Shown here one piece after another: positions 54,141-62,609 of a stretch of DNA of 64,000 bases (the stretch's first letter is position 1; each line of letters begins with the position of its first letter). A model generated the notes under the pieces. That model was not told where the DNA came from, did not search any database, and saw only the letters and a list, made by a program, of their open reading frames with translations. Source of the DNA: a virus. The position numbers and the translations under genes are program-made. The stretch lies in IMG/VR virus record IMGVR_UViG_3300022562_002256, positions 96,001 to 160,000 of that record; one strand, given 5' to 3'.

Positions 54141-54665
54141 TCACCGATGCCTCCCCGTGACCGGCACGCCGTAGCGCCTGCACATCGCTACGAACTGCTC
54201 CCGCAACTCTGGCAACTCGGCGCGCGGGTAGGTTGGCGCATCGCGCCTCAGCTCCGGAACCGCCTTGCACGCGATGCGCTTCACGTCGGGCCCGAACAGG
54301 CACCGCCTCACCTCGAGCTCACGCGCCACGGCTGCAACAGCCGCCTCCAACGGAACCAGCAACCCCACCGCAGCCTGGCGCATGGTAAACACCGATCGGT
54401 CACAGAAACCATACCGCTTAAACGGTGCGGCGTCGTGCTCGTTGACCCCCCTCGCGCCCTCCGCCACCGACCCCGCCCAGGCGATGATGCCGGCCACCAG
54501 CGGGTCCTCCTTGGCTCCACGACGCCGGGCGGTGCCACAGCATCCACGCCCCTGTTTATCGCTCACGACAACACCTCCGACCACGATGCCACACGCGAGG
54601 GCGGCCACCGCGTGCCCTGCCTCATGCCGCGCGATCGACGCCAATCCGGGCTTCTTACGTGCCAT
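54141..54665 (-). CDS. stand-alone M41 (FtsH C-terminal)-like HEXXH peptidase
   Basis: ARHEAGHAVAA...AGSVAE...D. Confidence 0.65.
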   Translation of the reverse strand: MARKKPGLASIARHEAGHAVAALACGIVVGGVVVSDKQGRGCCGTARRRGAKEDPLVAGIIAWAGSVAEGARGVNEHDAAPFKRYGFCDRSVFTMRQAAVGLLVPLEAAVAAVARELEVRRCLFGPDVKRIACKAVPELRRDAPTYPRAELPELREQFVAMCRRYGVPVTGRHR

Positions 54666-54697
54666 GTGTGGCACCATAACCACGGCCGAGCCGCGTG

Positions 54698-54979
54698 TCA
54701 GCCGTACACCGGCCGCATCTGCTCGTCGAACCTCGGCGGCTTCCCCTTGAGGGCTTCACGCACCTGCCGAGCCGACCACTGGTCAGGCATGACATCCCAT
54801 TCGCACAGCACCAACATGCGGTTGATCTGCAGCAGTTGCGCCGCCGTGAAGCGATCATTGAACGACTCGGCGGTGGCGTCCATGTTGGAGCGCAACAGGC
54901 GGATTTCCTCCGCCCCCGTGAGCACCTCGCCGTCCACAACCAACCTGCCCCGTTCGACTCTGTTCTTGGCCTTGTCCAT
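54698..54979 (-). CDS. hypothetical protein, near-leaderless
   Basis: ATG 15 nt after a sigma-54 GC. Confidence 0.6.
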   Translation of the reverse strand: MDKAKNRVERGRLVVDGEVLTGAEEIRLLRSNMDATAESFNDRFTAAQLLQINRMLVLCEWDVMPDQWSARQVREALKGKPPRFDEQMRPVYG

Positions 54980-54993
54980 GATCGCACTCAGCT

Positions 54994-55009
54994 TGCACGA
55001 TCCATGCCA
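54994..55009 (-). promoter_or_regulatory. sigma-54 promoter
   Basis: TGGCATGGATCGTGCA; 15 nt to ATG. Confidence 0.75.
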
Positions 55010-55521
55010 CATGGCGACGTCACTCCTGGTCAGTCGCTGGCTCCGGCACCACGTCGATCCGTACCCGCTCGATCCGTGCCGCGCCCCCGGTCCACCTCGA
55101 CCTGCGACCCGTAGGTGAAGCACATCACCCCATTATTTCTCTCCGGTGCCCGTGCTTGCGTGGCGTCCCACCCCCGCGAGGGTGGCCATCGGCGTTGCCT
55201 CGCCTTGCGTGTTTCGATGCGCCGGAGTGCTCCACGCACCCACGCCCATGCGAGGCGCCACCATGGCGCCGGCGGGGCGCTGCTGGCGACCCACGGTAGG
55301 GCGACCCGCTCACAACGTCTCAGCCCTTAACGAGTCAGCCCTCTCACTCGCTCAGGCCACGATGCGTGCACGGGCACCCTTTCAAAATGGCGCCCACCAT
55401 CCGGGCGAGGCCGCGCGGTCGTCGATCGACTCGTCCGACCACGGCGCGGGCGTGTTCAGTATTGACTGTGGCTTGACGCGCGCGGCGCGGCGACCCACCT
55501 TCCCACCATGCGAGGTGCCCC

Positions 55522-56148
55522 TTGAAGCGTCGCTCCGCGCAACTCGCGATCGTCGACCTTGGCGCGCCGGCGCCGTCTACCTGCCGGCTGTGCGGGGCGC
55601 CAAACAAGCCCAGGTGTCCTTACTGCGAGAATGTTCTTCTGCGCCCCGGCTCTGCATCGTGGCGACGGTGGACGCGCGGGCTCATGGCGACCATGCAGAG
55701 CCGGCTGCGAGACGCCGGTCTCCACGGGCTCATCGCTGACACGGCGTCGGCTCTCTTCGCGGGGACGAGCGTTCCTGACGTTGCGATGCCACACATCAGC
55801 GACATCGCCGCGCAACCCATCTCCGTGCGGGCGTATTGGCTCCTGGTCGACCGGGCGGTGATGCGCAGTCACTTCCTGCGCATCGCATGGGACCGCGGTC
55901 TGCCGGGGGCCGAAGCCGAGGGGTGGGCGGAACGGCTCGCGGACATGTGGACCGAAGAGCAGGCGAGGACCCGTGTGCGCGTGGAAGCGCCAGCGTTGCG
56001 GCTGCGTGTCGAAGTGCCGACGACGGGCGCGCGGGTGGTGCTCGATGATGATCTGGCACGGGCGGAGGCAGAGCGGCTTGCGGCAGAAGAAGCCGACCAC
56101 GCCGCGCGCGGCGTGGGGCAGTTGAGGGTCCTGACGCCGACCGCCTGA
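55522..56148 (+). CDS. hypothetical protein with N-terminal Zn finger
   Basis: CRLCG...CPYC; lone plus-strand gene in a minus-strand block. Confidence 0.55.
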   Translation: MKRRSAQLAIVDLGAPAPSTCRLCGAPNKPRCPYCENVLLRPGSASWRRWTRGLMATMQSRLRDAGLHGLIADTASALFAGTSVPDVAMPHISDIAAQPISVRAYWLLVDRAVMRSHFLRIAWDRGLPGAEAEGWAERLADMWTEEQARTRVRVEAPALRLRVEVPTTGARVVLDDDLARAEAERLAAEEADHAARGVGQLRVLTPTA

Positions 56149-56290
56149 CGGTGGTCACCGCGAGCGGATCACACGCCTGCGTGGGCGCGCCGCTGATCTT
56201 TTCAATTCGGCCAGAGCCCCTTCAAGGGCGCGGAGTCGTTCCTCGGCGCGATCGGCACGTTCCTCCGCCTTCTCGAGATCCTCGTCGGCC

Positions 56291-56494
56291 TCACGCAAAC
56301 GCATCTCGGCCCGCCGCGCGAAATGCGCCGCGAGGACGCAGCCGCCGCTGGCCGTTCGGGCCGTCGAAACGGATCATCCGGTGGTTGGAAGCGGGGGTGG
56401 TGGTCCCGTCCGCGTTCTCGCGCGAGGGGACCACTACGGTGATCGCGGTGTTGTCGTGACGGCGATGAGGACGGCGAGGATTATTGGCGTTCAT
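56291..56494 (-). CDS. small hypothetical protein, near-leaderless
   Basis: ATG 14 nt after a sigma-54 GC. Confidence 0.5.
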   Translation of the reverse strand: MNANNPRRPHRRHDNTAITVVVPSRENADGTTTPASNHRMIRFDGPNGQRRLRPRGAFRAAGRDAFA

Positions 56495-56507
56495 GTCTAG
56501 ACCATCT

Positions 56508-56523
56508 AGCACGTGCCGTGCCA
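56508..56523 (-). promoter_or_regulatory. sigma-54 promoter
   Basis: TGGCACGGCACGTGCT; 14 nt to ATG. Confidence 0.8.
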
Positions 56524-56749
56524 AGACCGCCGCTCACTGAGCGCGTGTGGCGGCATGCGAGGCGAGGCAGCACTGCTACACGGCCTTGCGTCGGAGTCGT
56601 GTCGCGCCTCGCGCGCAACAACTGCGCGGCCGAATCCGGGATGTTCTGGATACGCAAGGGGTGTGCCGTTCGTAGACCGGCGTGTTCGATGCCGAAAGCG
56701 AACGGTGCGCCGGCGTTGCGCGCTTCGCGCAAACCGTTCGTGCGATGTT

Positions 56750-57982
56750 CTACATCCGGGGACTGCCTGTTCGCACTGGCGCCAGTGCGGACGCCAGCGT
56801 GGCAACCAACTCGCCGAGCCATGCGGAGGCGGCCAATTGCGCGTCCTCCGCGCTGGCAAACGAGGCGGGATGGGTGACATCACCCGCGCTCAATTTCCAA
56901 CGACCAGGGTCGAAGTATGCTCGCTGGACATCAACGCATATCGGGCCGACTGTGGCCCGATAGCCCACCTGCCGCCCATCCCACCGCATCTCCTCCCAGG
57001 CAAAAGCGCGATCACCCCCAGCGATGATGATCGATGGCGGCTTGGCGGCCTTGCTGCAGTCGCCGACTGCGGCTCTGCGTGCCTGGATGTCGCCACCCAG
57101 CAGCTCGGTGAGGCGCTGGTAGGGATCACCGTTGTGGGTGACGACCTCGGAAAAGCCAGCCGCCGCCGAGTGCCCGCCACCCCCGAACCGCTTGGCAATG
57201 GCCGCGACATTCACCCCGGCGTGGGATCGCAGTGCCCAGTCGAGCATCACCCCCTCTGACTCGTGGCGGTAGGCGAAGGAAGCCACGATATCGGCGTCGT
57301 GGATGACGTCACACACCTCCGACCGGACATCGTAGTCGGAGACCACTGCCACCCGGTGCCCGCCCACGACAAGCCGGACGGCGGTGGCGGCTGCACGCGT
57401 CACGCGTGCAGCCGCCTTGTCGGCCAAGATGGGCCCAATGTTGTCGAGAAGCGGCATAGCGCCGCTGAGCCCAAGCTCGAGAAGGCGCGGGAGTGGCACA
57501 AACTTGAGGGCGAGTGTCAAGGCGTAGGCGCGGTCCCAGTCCGGGTCACCCCGTTGCCACGTGTCGTAGATGCCCACAAGCCGAGCGAACTCATCGATGC
57601 GGTGAGGCACGTCGCGTCGACCCCGAATTTGCGTCCACGCACGAGCGGCGAGAACCGCCCCACTCACACCGGGCTCCGTGGCCTCGTCGGCAAAGACACC
57701 ACGGTCCCCGAACGCAGCCACAATATCTGCAGCGCCCTTGTGGTGGTCGAGGACCACGGCTCCCGCATCGACGAAATCGCGGATGCGCTCGCGAGGAGGC
57801 GTCATGTCACAGAAGAGCAAGCCCGGTTCTGCCACAATGTCGCGATGAGCCGCGGAGGCGTAGTGGACAGCACGTACCCTTGCCGTCGGCAGAGCATCCA
57901 TCAAGATGAGCGCCGATGCGTGGCCATCGGCGCAGTCCGCATGCACCACGATGGTGGTAACGCCCAACTCGTCAAGCATCAT
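56750..57982 (-). CDS. DHH/DHHA1 phosphoesterase (NrnB/oligoribonuclease-like) with C-terminal extension
   Basis: HADCADG, FCDM, VLDHHK, SGAVL, YDTW, ALRS...FGGGGHSAAAGF. Confidence 0.85.
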   Translation of the reverse strand: MMLDELGVTTIVVHADCADGHASALILMDALPTARVRAVHYASAAHRDIVAEPGLLFCDMTPPRERIRDFVDAGAVVLDHHKGAADIVAAFGDRGVFADEATEPGVSGAVLAARAWTQIRGRRDVPHRIDEFARLVGIYDTWQRGDPDWDRAYALTLALKFVPLPRLLELGLSGAMPLLDNIGPILADKAAARVTRAAATAVRLVVGGHRVAVVSDYDVRSEVCDVIHDADIVASFAYRHESEGVMLDWALRSHAGVNVAAIAKRFGGGGHSAAAGFSEVVTHNGDPYQRLTELLGGDIQARRAAVGDCSKAAKPPSIIIAGGDRAFAWEEMRWDGRQVGYRATVGPICVDVQRAYFDPGRWKLSAGDVTHPASFASAEDAQLAASAWLGELVATLASALAPVRTGSPRM

Positions 57983-58097
57983 CGGTCCTCCTGTCAGCGA
58001 TGCGCTGCCGAAGTTGATCGTGAGTCGGCGGCTCCACAATGGCGCGCGGGCCGAGCGAGGTGACGAGGCGGGGTCGGGTGGTCGTCGTGGTAGGCAT
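57972..58097 (-). CDS. 41-aa leader ORF, near-leaderless
   Basis: ATG 14 nt after a sigma-54 GC; overlaps the DHH start and carries its AGGAGG RBS. Confidence 0.5.
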   Translation of the reverse strand: MPTTTTTRPRLVTSLGPRAIVEPPTHDQLRQRIADRRTDDA

Positions 58098-58110
58098 GCT
58101 AGACTTGGGG

Positions 58111-58126
58111 TGCACTTTCCGTGCCG
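58111..58126 (-). promoter_or_regulatory. sigma-54 promoter
   Basis: CGGCACGGAAAGTGCA; 14 nt to ATG. Confidence 0.75.
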
Positions 58127-58150
58127 AGCGATGTCGTACGCGCCCGATTG

Positions 58151-58719
58151 TTATGCGGCCTTGCGGGCCGTGGCGCGGGTGCCTGCCGACATCCCCAGGT
58201 GCACATCGAGCGCTGGGCGGGGCTGCCTGCCGATCTCGCGCCACCAACGCATTCTGGCGGCCAGGCATCCGCCGGGCTCCTCAAAGTCATGGTTTCCGCC
58301 CCGCCCCTCAAGAGCTAGTGCGTTTAGTTCGGCATGTGTAATCCCTCGCCTACCTTGTCGGCCCCACCCGACTGCGCAAACGCTCTGCGCGCGGTCGTCG
58401 GTTACGAGGAACCCGTCCATGTTTTCGTGCCAGCGGGATCCGATACGGATCCCGCCGGGCGCCCGAAGCCACTCGGGCCAGGCCGTCCAGATTCGGAGCG
58501 CGCGGCGCTCGCCAAGCGACTCGACGTGCTCGACAACGCCGTCTAGAAGCGAATCTCCGGGCTCGACCTCACCCGCGTGGATCACGCGCTGCACGCGCGT
58601 GAAGCCGCGGTCGTCGATGGGGCCCACCGGTAGCACGTGGAGTGTCGTCAAGTCGACACTCCGGCCGCCATCGAAATGGATCCGCACGGCTCTGCCATGC
58701 GTCCAGCGCAGGTGTACAT
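58151..58719 (-). CDS. hypothetical protein (start uncertain, possible frameshift)
   Basis: Long open frame, but the RBS-supported ATG at 58719 is out of frame by one base. Confidence 0.4.
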
Positions 58720-58757
58720 TCGAACTCTCCTTTGGCTGCCTTAGTCCGCCGCTCTCA

Positions 58758-58773
58758 TGCACGTGGCGTGCCA
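58758..58773 (-). promoter_or_regulatory. sigma-54 promoter (leadered)
   Basis: TGGCACGCCACGTGCA. Confidence 0.65.
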
Positions 58774-58777
58774 ACGA

Positions 58778-59113
58778 CTACCGCACCCGCACCTCCGCCC
58801 AGGAGTCATGACACCCCGGCGCGGTCAGGTCGACGCCCCGCCCGTTCACGACACGACCGTGGACCGCCGCAATTGCGTGCAGTCGGCTCATCGCCGCTTC
58901 CGTGGTGGCATACCACCACAGCGTTTCGCCGCGCCAAGTGGCATACCTCATGGCCAGAACCGCGCCGCCCTGTGGGCGCAGCCGAACGTCGACCCCCTCG
59001 TCACAGAGGAGAACGGGATCCCCGCTCCGCCGCGCGCGCTCGGCCGCGATCTCGACCTCAAGGCGGGCCAACTCATCAAGCGACATACCTACAAGATTAC
59101 CTACAAGACTCAT
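58778..59113 (-). CDS. hypothetical protein
   Basis: ATGA coupling. Confidence 0.5.
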   Translation of the reverse strand: MSLVGNLVGMSLDELARLEVEIAAERARRSGDPVLLCDEGVDVRLRPQGGAVLAMRYATWRGETLWWYATTEAAMSRLHAIAAVHGRVVNGRGVDLTAPGCHDSWAEVRVR

Positions 59114-59496
59114 CGTGATTCTTCCTCGACGTGCCGCCACCGCTCCTCTGTGGTGACCCACCACGCCCACCCTGAGCGCTGGACCTCGCGCTCGAGGAAG
59201 CGCTCTTTCGCAGCTTCCGCCCGCTGCTCGGCGGTCTTGACGGCGGCCATGATGAGATCGTGCTCCTCCTTCGCGAGAGCTCGGCCCGGGGGAAGGAGCC
59301 GCTTGCGCTGAACGCGCAGGTCAACAAGCGCGCGTTCAAACCGGCGCTTGGCACGACGTGCACGACGTGCTCGACGTCGTGCTTGCGGTGCCCAGTAATC
59401 GTGCGCACCCGGATCATCACGCTCAGGCTCATGGTGTCGGCGCAAGCCCCCACGGCCCGGACGAGCCGCATAATGGGTCACGATCAAGTTGCTCAT
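59110..59496 (-). CDS. basic coiled-coil hypothetical protein
   Basis: AAAGGAG RBS. Confidence 0.55.
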   Translation of the reverse strand: MSNLIVTHYAARPGRGGLRRHHEPERDDPGAHDYWAPQARRRARRARRAKRRFERALVDLRVQRKRLLPPGRALAKEEHDLIMAAVKTAEQRAEAAKERFLEREVQRSGWAWWVTTEERWRHVEEESR

Positions 59497-59780
59497 ATCG
59501 CTCCTTTCCGCGTCTCTTCAACCAAAGCCGCCGCTCTCGCGGCGTGACTCTCCCACCCAATTCCATCGGCCATGAAGCCGACGATCGCGTATAGAAGCGC
59601 CGACAAGGCCGGCGCGTCCAGGGTGATGTCGTACGCGAGGGCGTTCATGTCGACCTCGCTGTAGTCCGCCCGCCGCTCGAGCCACCGCTCCACGCGTTCC
59701 ACAGCCTCAGCCACAAGGGGCTCGGCGGCGAGTGCGCTCTGCGCCGCGATCACGCGGCGCGCCGTGTCGGCGAGGGTCAT
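59493..59780 (-). CDS. hypothetical protein
   Basis: GAGGA RBS; ATGA coupling. Confidence 0.55.
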   Translation of the reverse strand: MTLADTARRVIAAQSALAAEPLVAEAVERVERWLERRADYSEVDMNALAYDITLDAPALSALLYAIVGFMADGIGWESHAARAAALVEETRKGAI

Positions 59781-60277
59781 CGCGTCCTCTGGCCGCGCCG
59801 TGCCTTGCACGCCGAGACCGCCCATCGGCATCGCCGCTCACGGCGGGTAGAGATGCGCATCTCCGGGACCGGAGCGCAAACCTGGTCAGACTCGGGCTCC
59901 CGCTCGGGCTCAGGGATGAAAAACCGATAAGATGACGACGTCGCCCCGAACAGCGCGCCAGCCATGCGGCCAGCCACGCGCCCCTCCACGCACACGCCGT
60001 GGGCGAACACGGCCTCCGAGCTGGTCTGGGTCAGACCATACCTCCCACTATAGACGCTGATTTTTTGGATCAACACTTGCGGCTGCGCCGCGAGCCACTC
60101 GCGCACGGCAGGCCACGATGAGCCAAACATCGCGGCGTCCAGTTCGAGCCACGACCCTTGTCGGTCGACCCCCGTTGCCACCTTGGACAGGCTGCCCGCG
60201 GGCAGCCTGTACTCCGCCTCGATGGCAGCGTAGTACGCTGCCCGAGCCGCTATCACGAAGGAAAGATTTGCTTCCAT
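59777..60277 (-). CDS. hypothetical protein
   Basis: Downstream of the sigma-54 promoter at 60300. Confidence 0.5.
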   Translation of the reverse strand: MEANLSFVIAARAAYYAAIEAEYRLPAGSLSKVATGVDRQGSWLELDAAMFGSSWPAVREWLAAQPQVLIQKISVYSGRYGLTQTSSEAVFAHGVCVEGRVAGRMAGALFGATSSSYRFFIPEPEREPESDQVCAPVPEMRISTRRERRCRWAVSACKARRGQRTR

Positions 60278-60299
60278 TGGTCTCTCTAGTTGTTTTGTA

Positions 60300-60315
60300 T
60301 GCACGTGCCGTGCCA
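60300..60315 (-). promoter_or_regulatory. sigma-54 promoter (leadered)
   Basis: TGGCACGGCACGTGCA; 23-nt spacer. Confidence 0.75.
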
Positions 60316-60324
60316 CGGGTGCGC

Positions 60325-60778
60325 TCACCCGTCTCTGAGTTTCATAAGCGCGCGGTCGTCCACACCGACCGCGCTGATGACGATGAGTCCTCGCTCGGCG
60401 CACCGCAGCGCGAAGGCGAGACGGTCCTCGAGCGTCGAATCGTTCAACAAGGGCACTGAGAGCATAGAGCGCACGCAACTCGTCATTTTTCACCAGCGCG
60501 AGATCTTGCGCGGGCCTCAGCGGGATGACTCCACGGATCCCGTGGAGCGGGTCAACGGTGGTTCGGTCGCGGTGGGCTGGCAGACCGAATTCGCACTGTT
60601 CGAAGGGGCAGTGAGCACCCCCGTGCCACGCCGCGTCGTGCCCATCGCGCGGCTCGAAAGAGCGACCGAGGGCGACCTCCGAGTCACGGCAGTCGCCGCA
60701 CAGGTCGGCCCCCGAATCGAGAGCCCCGCTCGCGAGCCGGTCACATCCGTTCGCACACATGGTCGTCCAGATATTCAT
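60325..60778 (-). pseudogene. Cys-rich ORF with a probable frameshift near 60460
   Basis: High-GC3 codons switch frame around 60470-60450; the shifted frame ends at TGA 60325. Confidence 0.35.
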
Positions 60779-60786
60779 TTTCCCAC

Positions 60787-61116
60787 CTATAAAAGGCGCA
60801 CTTCGTGCGCCACAAGGCGACGCGCCTCGTCGCCTTCGCGCGTACGCGCCGCGACCAAGGCGGCGATGCGACCGCGGGCCGCGCCGAGCGTCGTGGCGTC
60901 AACCTGGGCTCGAGCCCAGAGTGCGTCGCTTTCGGCGTCCCAGGCAGCCTGGGCGCCGAGGTCGTCGGCGGGTGCGCCAGGGAACAGGGGCCGCGGTCGG
61001 GCGGCGAGCCACTCAAAATGGGTGGTCCGAGCATACGCTCGGACTAGGTGCGCGGTCTTTGCGTCGAGGCGATGCGCTCGGCGGCGGCGGCGGAGTCGGC
61101 GTGCTCTGGGGTTCAT
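60787..61116 (-). CDS. hypothetical protein, near-leaderless
   Basis: ATG 13 nt after a sigma-54 GC. Confidence 0.6.
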   Translation of the reverse strand: MNPRARRLRRRRRAHRLDAKTAHLVRAYARTTHFEWLAARPRPLFPGAPADDLGAQAAWDAESDALWARAQVDATTLGAARGRIAALVAARTREGDEARRLVAHEVRLL

Positions 61117-61121
61117 GTCCT

Positions 61122-61375
61122 GCTGTCTTGCACTGTCCGTGCCATCGTGGCGCGGCAACCGCACGGCGCGCTGGTCGTGTGCGGCCTTACGGTGGCGGAT
61201 CGGCGTCGATCCACGCCGTGTCAATGATTTTGGGCACTTAGCCGCGCCGGCGGGGCGTGGCATGTTGCCACACCGTGGCAGACCGCCACACGTCGCAGAA
61301 CCAGCACTCAAGTGGCTGCCAGCACGCGGTCCTGGAACAAATCCGTGGCAGAACGCCACAACCAATACTGAACAC
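61122..61375 (-). repeat. upstream cassette family A, copy 2
   Basis: Direct repeat of 10236-10489. Confidence 0.9.
61129..61144 (-). promoter_or_regulatory. sigma-54 promoter
   Basis: TGGCACGGACAGTGCA; 13 nt to ATG. Confidence 0.8.
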
Positions 61376-61403
61376 GGCGCCGGGGAGAGCGGGAACACCA
61401 CGC

Positions 61404-61608
61404 CCTCACGCCCCACCGCCCGCGCGCTTCTTGCGTTTAGCCGGCAGAATTTACCGGCACCTGCTGACAGCCGGTTGAGCGCTAGATCGTGCGTGCCGAC
61501 GTGAGCGGATTCACCGACTCGGCAAAATCGACGCGCAAACGGTGCGCCAAGGGGCGATAGTCCAGAATCGTGGAGCGGGCTGTTCGCCCCGAATTGTGCC
61601 GCAAACGC
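61404..61608 (+). repeat. upstream cassette family B, copy 3
   Basis: Inverted copy of 21647-21853; palindrome at 61441-61457. Confidence 0.9.
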
Positions 61609-61644
61609 AAGAGCGCACGCGGAGACGTCCCTCCCCTCGCCAAG

Positions 61645-61660
61645 TGGCACGGTGCGTGCA
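61645..61660 (+). promoter_or_regulatory. sigma-54 promoter
   Basis: TGGCACGGTGCGTGCA; 14 nt to ATG 61674. Confidence 0.8.
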
Positions 61661-61673
61661 AGTAGGTTTGGAC

Positions 61674-61919
61674 ATGAACAACAACGCCGCCGCCACCATC
61701 GCCCACCTTGACGCCGCCGAGCTCACCCTGGTTCGTGAGCTGGCCAGCCTCAACGCCGACCTTCGCGCCCATGCGGCAAGCGCGGGCCCCATGTGGCTCG
61801 CCGCCACCCGCAACACCAAGGCGGGCCTGGAGAGTGCGCTCCGCCAGACCAGGATCACCCGTCGCCGGGCGGTCGCCGAGTGGAACAGGCAAGAAGCCAT
61901 CCGAGAGGGCGACCTGTAG
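61674..61919 (+). CDS. small helical protein, near-leaderless
   Basis: Start fixed by promoter spacing. Confidence 0.6.
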   Translation: MNNNAAATIAHLDAAELTLVRELASLNADLRAHAASAGPMWLAATRNTKAGLESALRQTRITRRRAVAEWNRQEAIREGDL

Positions 61920-61942
61920 AGCTGAAAGGGGGCGCGCTTCGG

Positions 61943-61971
61943 TTGACGGCGCCGCCGAGCCCCCTTATGAT
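61943..61971 (+). promoter_or_regulatory. sigma-70 promoter (leaderless)
   Basis: TTGACG-N17-TATGAT; ATG 6 nt after the -10 box. Confidence 0.7.
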
Positions 61972-61977
61972 CGGGGT

Positions 61978-62340
61978 ATGGCAAACGGGGCCGTCGTGGG
62001 TGGGGGTACAGCCGCCGGGGATTGGATAGGATGGCTGATACTGGGATGCTTGGCCTTGGTGGGGGGGGTGTGGCTCGCCGCCCACCTCGCAGCGCACTGG
62101 GAAGACATCGCTCACTGGTGGCGGATCCGCCGTTACGCTCTCCGACATGCCGACAGACTCCTTACCGAGTCCCGGGCTTACGACGTGCTGCAAGCCACCA
62201 TTCGCCGTCTCACCGCTGAGAGGGAGGCGCTCCACCGCGAGATTGAACATCTTACCGCCGAAAACGCTGGGCAGCGCCGCCTTCTTGAAGAGGGGGACCA
62301 CAACCGGATCAGCGTGTTCCGTGTCGAGAGCCTCCGGTGA
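61978..62340 (+). CDS. membrane-anchored coiled-coil protein
   Basis: Hydrophobic WIGWLILGCLALVGGVWLAA followed by a heptad region. Confidence 0.6.
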   Translation: MANGAVVGGGTAAGDWIGWLILGCLALVGGVWLAAHLAAHWEDIAHWWRIRRYALRHADRLLTESRAYDVLQATIRRLTAEREALHREIEHLTAENAGQRRLLEEGDHNRISVFRVESLR

Positions 62341-62543
62341 GCGCGCATAGAGACGACCAACTGGCGACGTGTCACGACCATCGCAGCGTGTTCCGTGAGC
62401 GGCCGGCAAACTTCGATGAGTTGGTCGCGTTCGAGCGGCGGATGCTCGAGACACGTGGCTGGGTCCAATTCGTCGACGACCACAACCGGGCGCAGCGGGT
62501 CTACCTGTCGTCGCGGCGCCCGGCGCCACCCGCAAAGAAGTAG
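62337..62543 (+). CDS. small hypothetical protein
   Basis: GTGA coupling. Confidence 0.5.
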   Translation: MSAHRDDQLATCHDHRSVFRERPANFDELVAFERRMLETRGWVQFVDDHNRAQRVYLSSRRPAPPAKK

Positions 62544-62609
62544 GGCAGCAACGCCGTCGGTCTTGCCAGGCTTGACAGCCGGGCGGATCGCGCTAGTTAG
62601 AGCGGCAGC

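Noticed and set aside
59086-59108. Tandem 11-bp repeat TACCTACAAGA x2
   Set aside because: An in-frame 12-bp duplication at a gene start (SLVGNLVG); only two units and no other copies seen
62572-62599. Sigma-70 promoter for the tail-fibre gene (TTGACA...TAGTTA)
   Set aside because: Perfect -35 but a poor -10 at 16-bp spacing; not supportable
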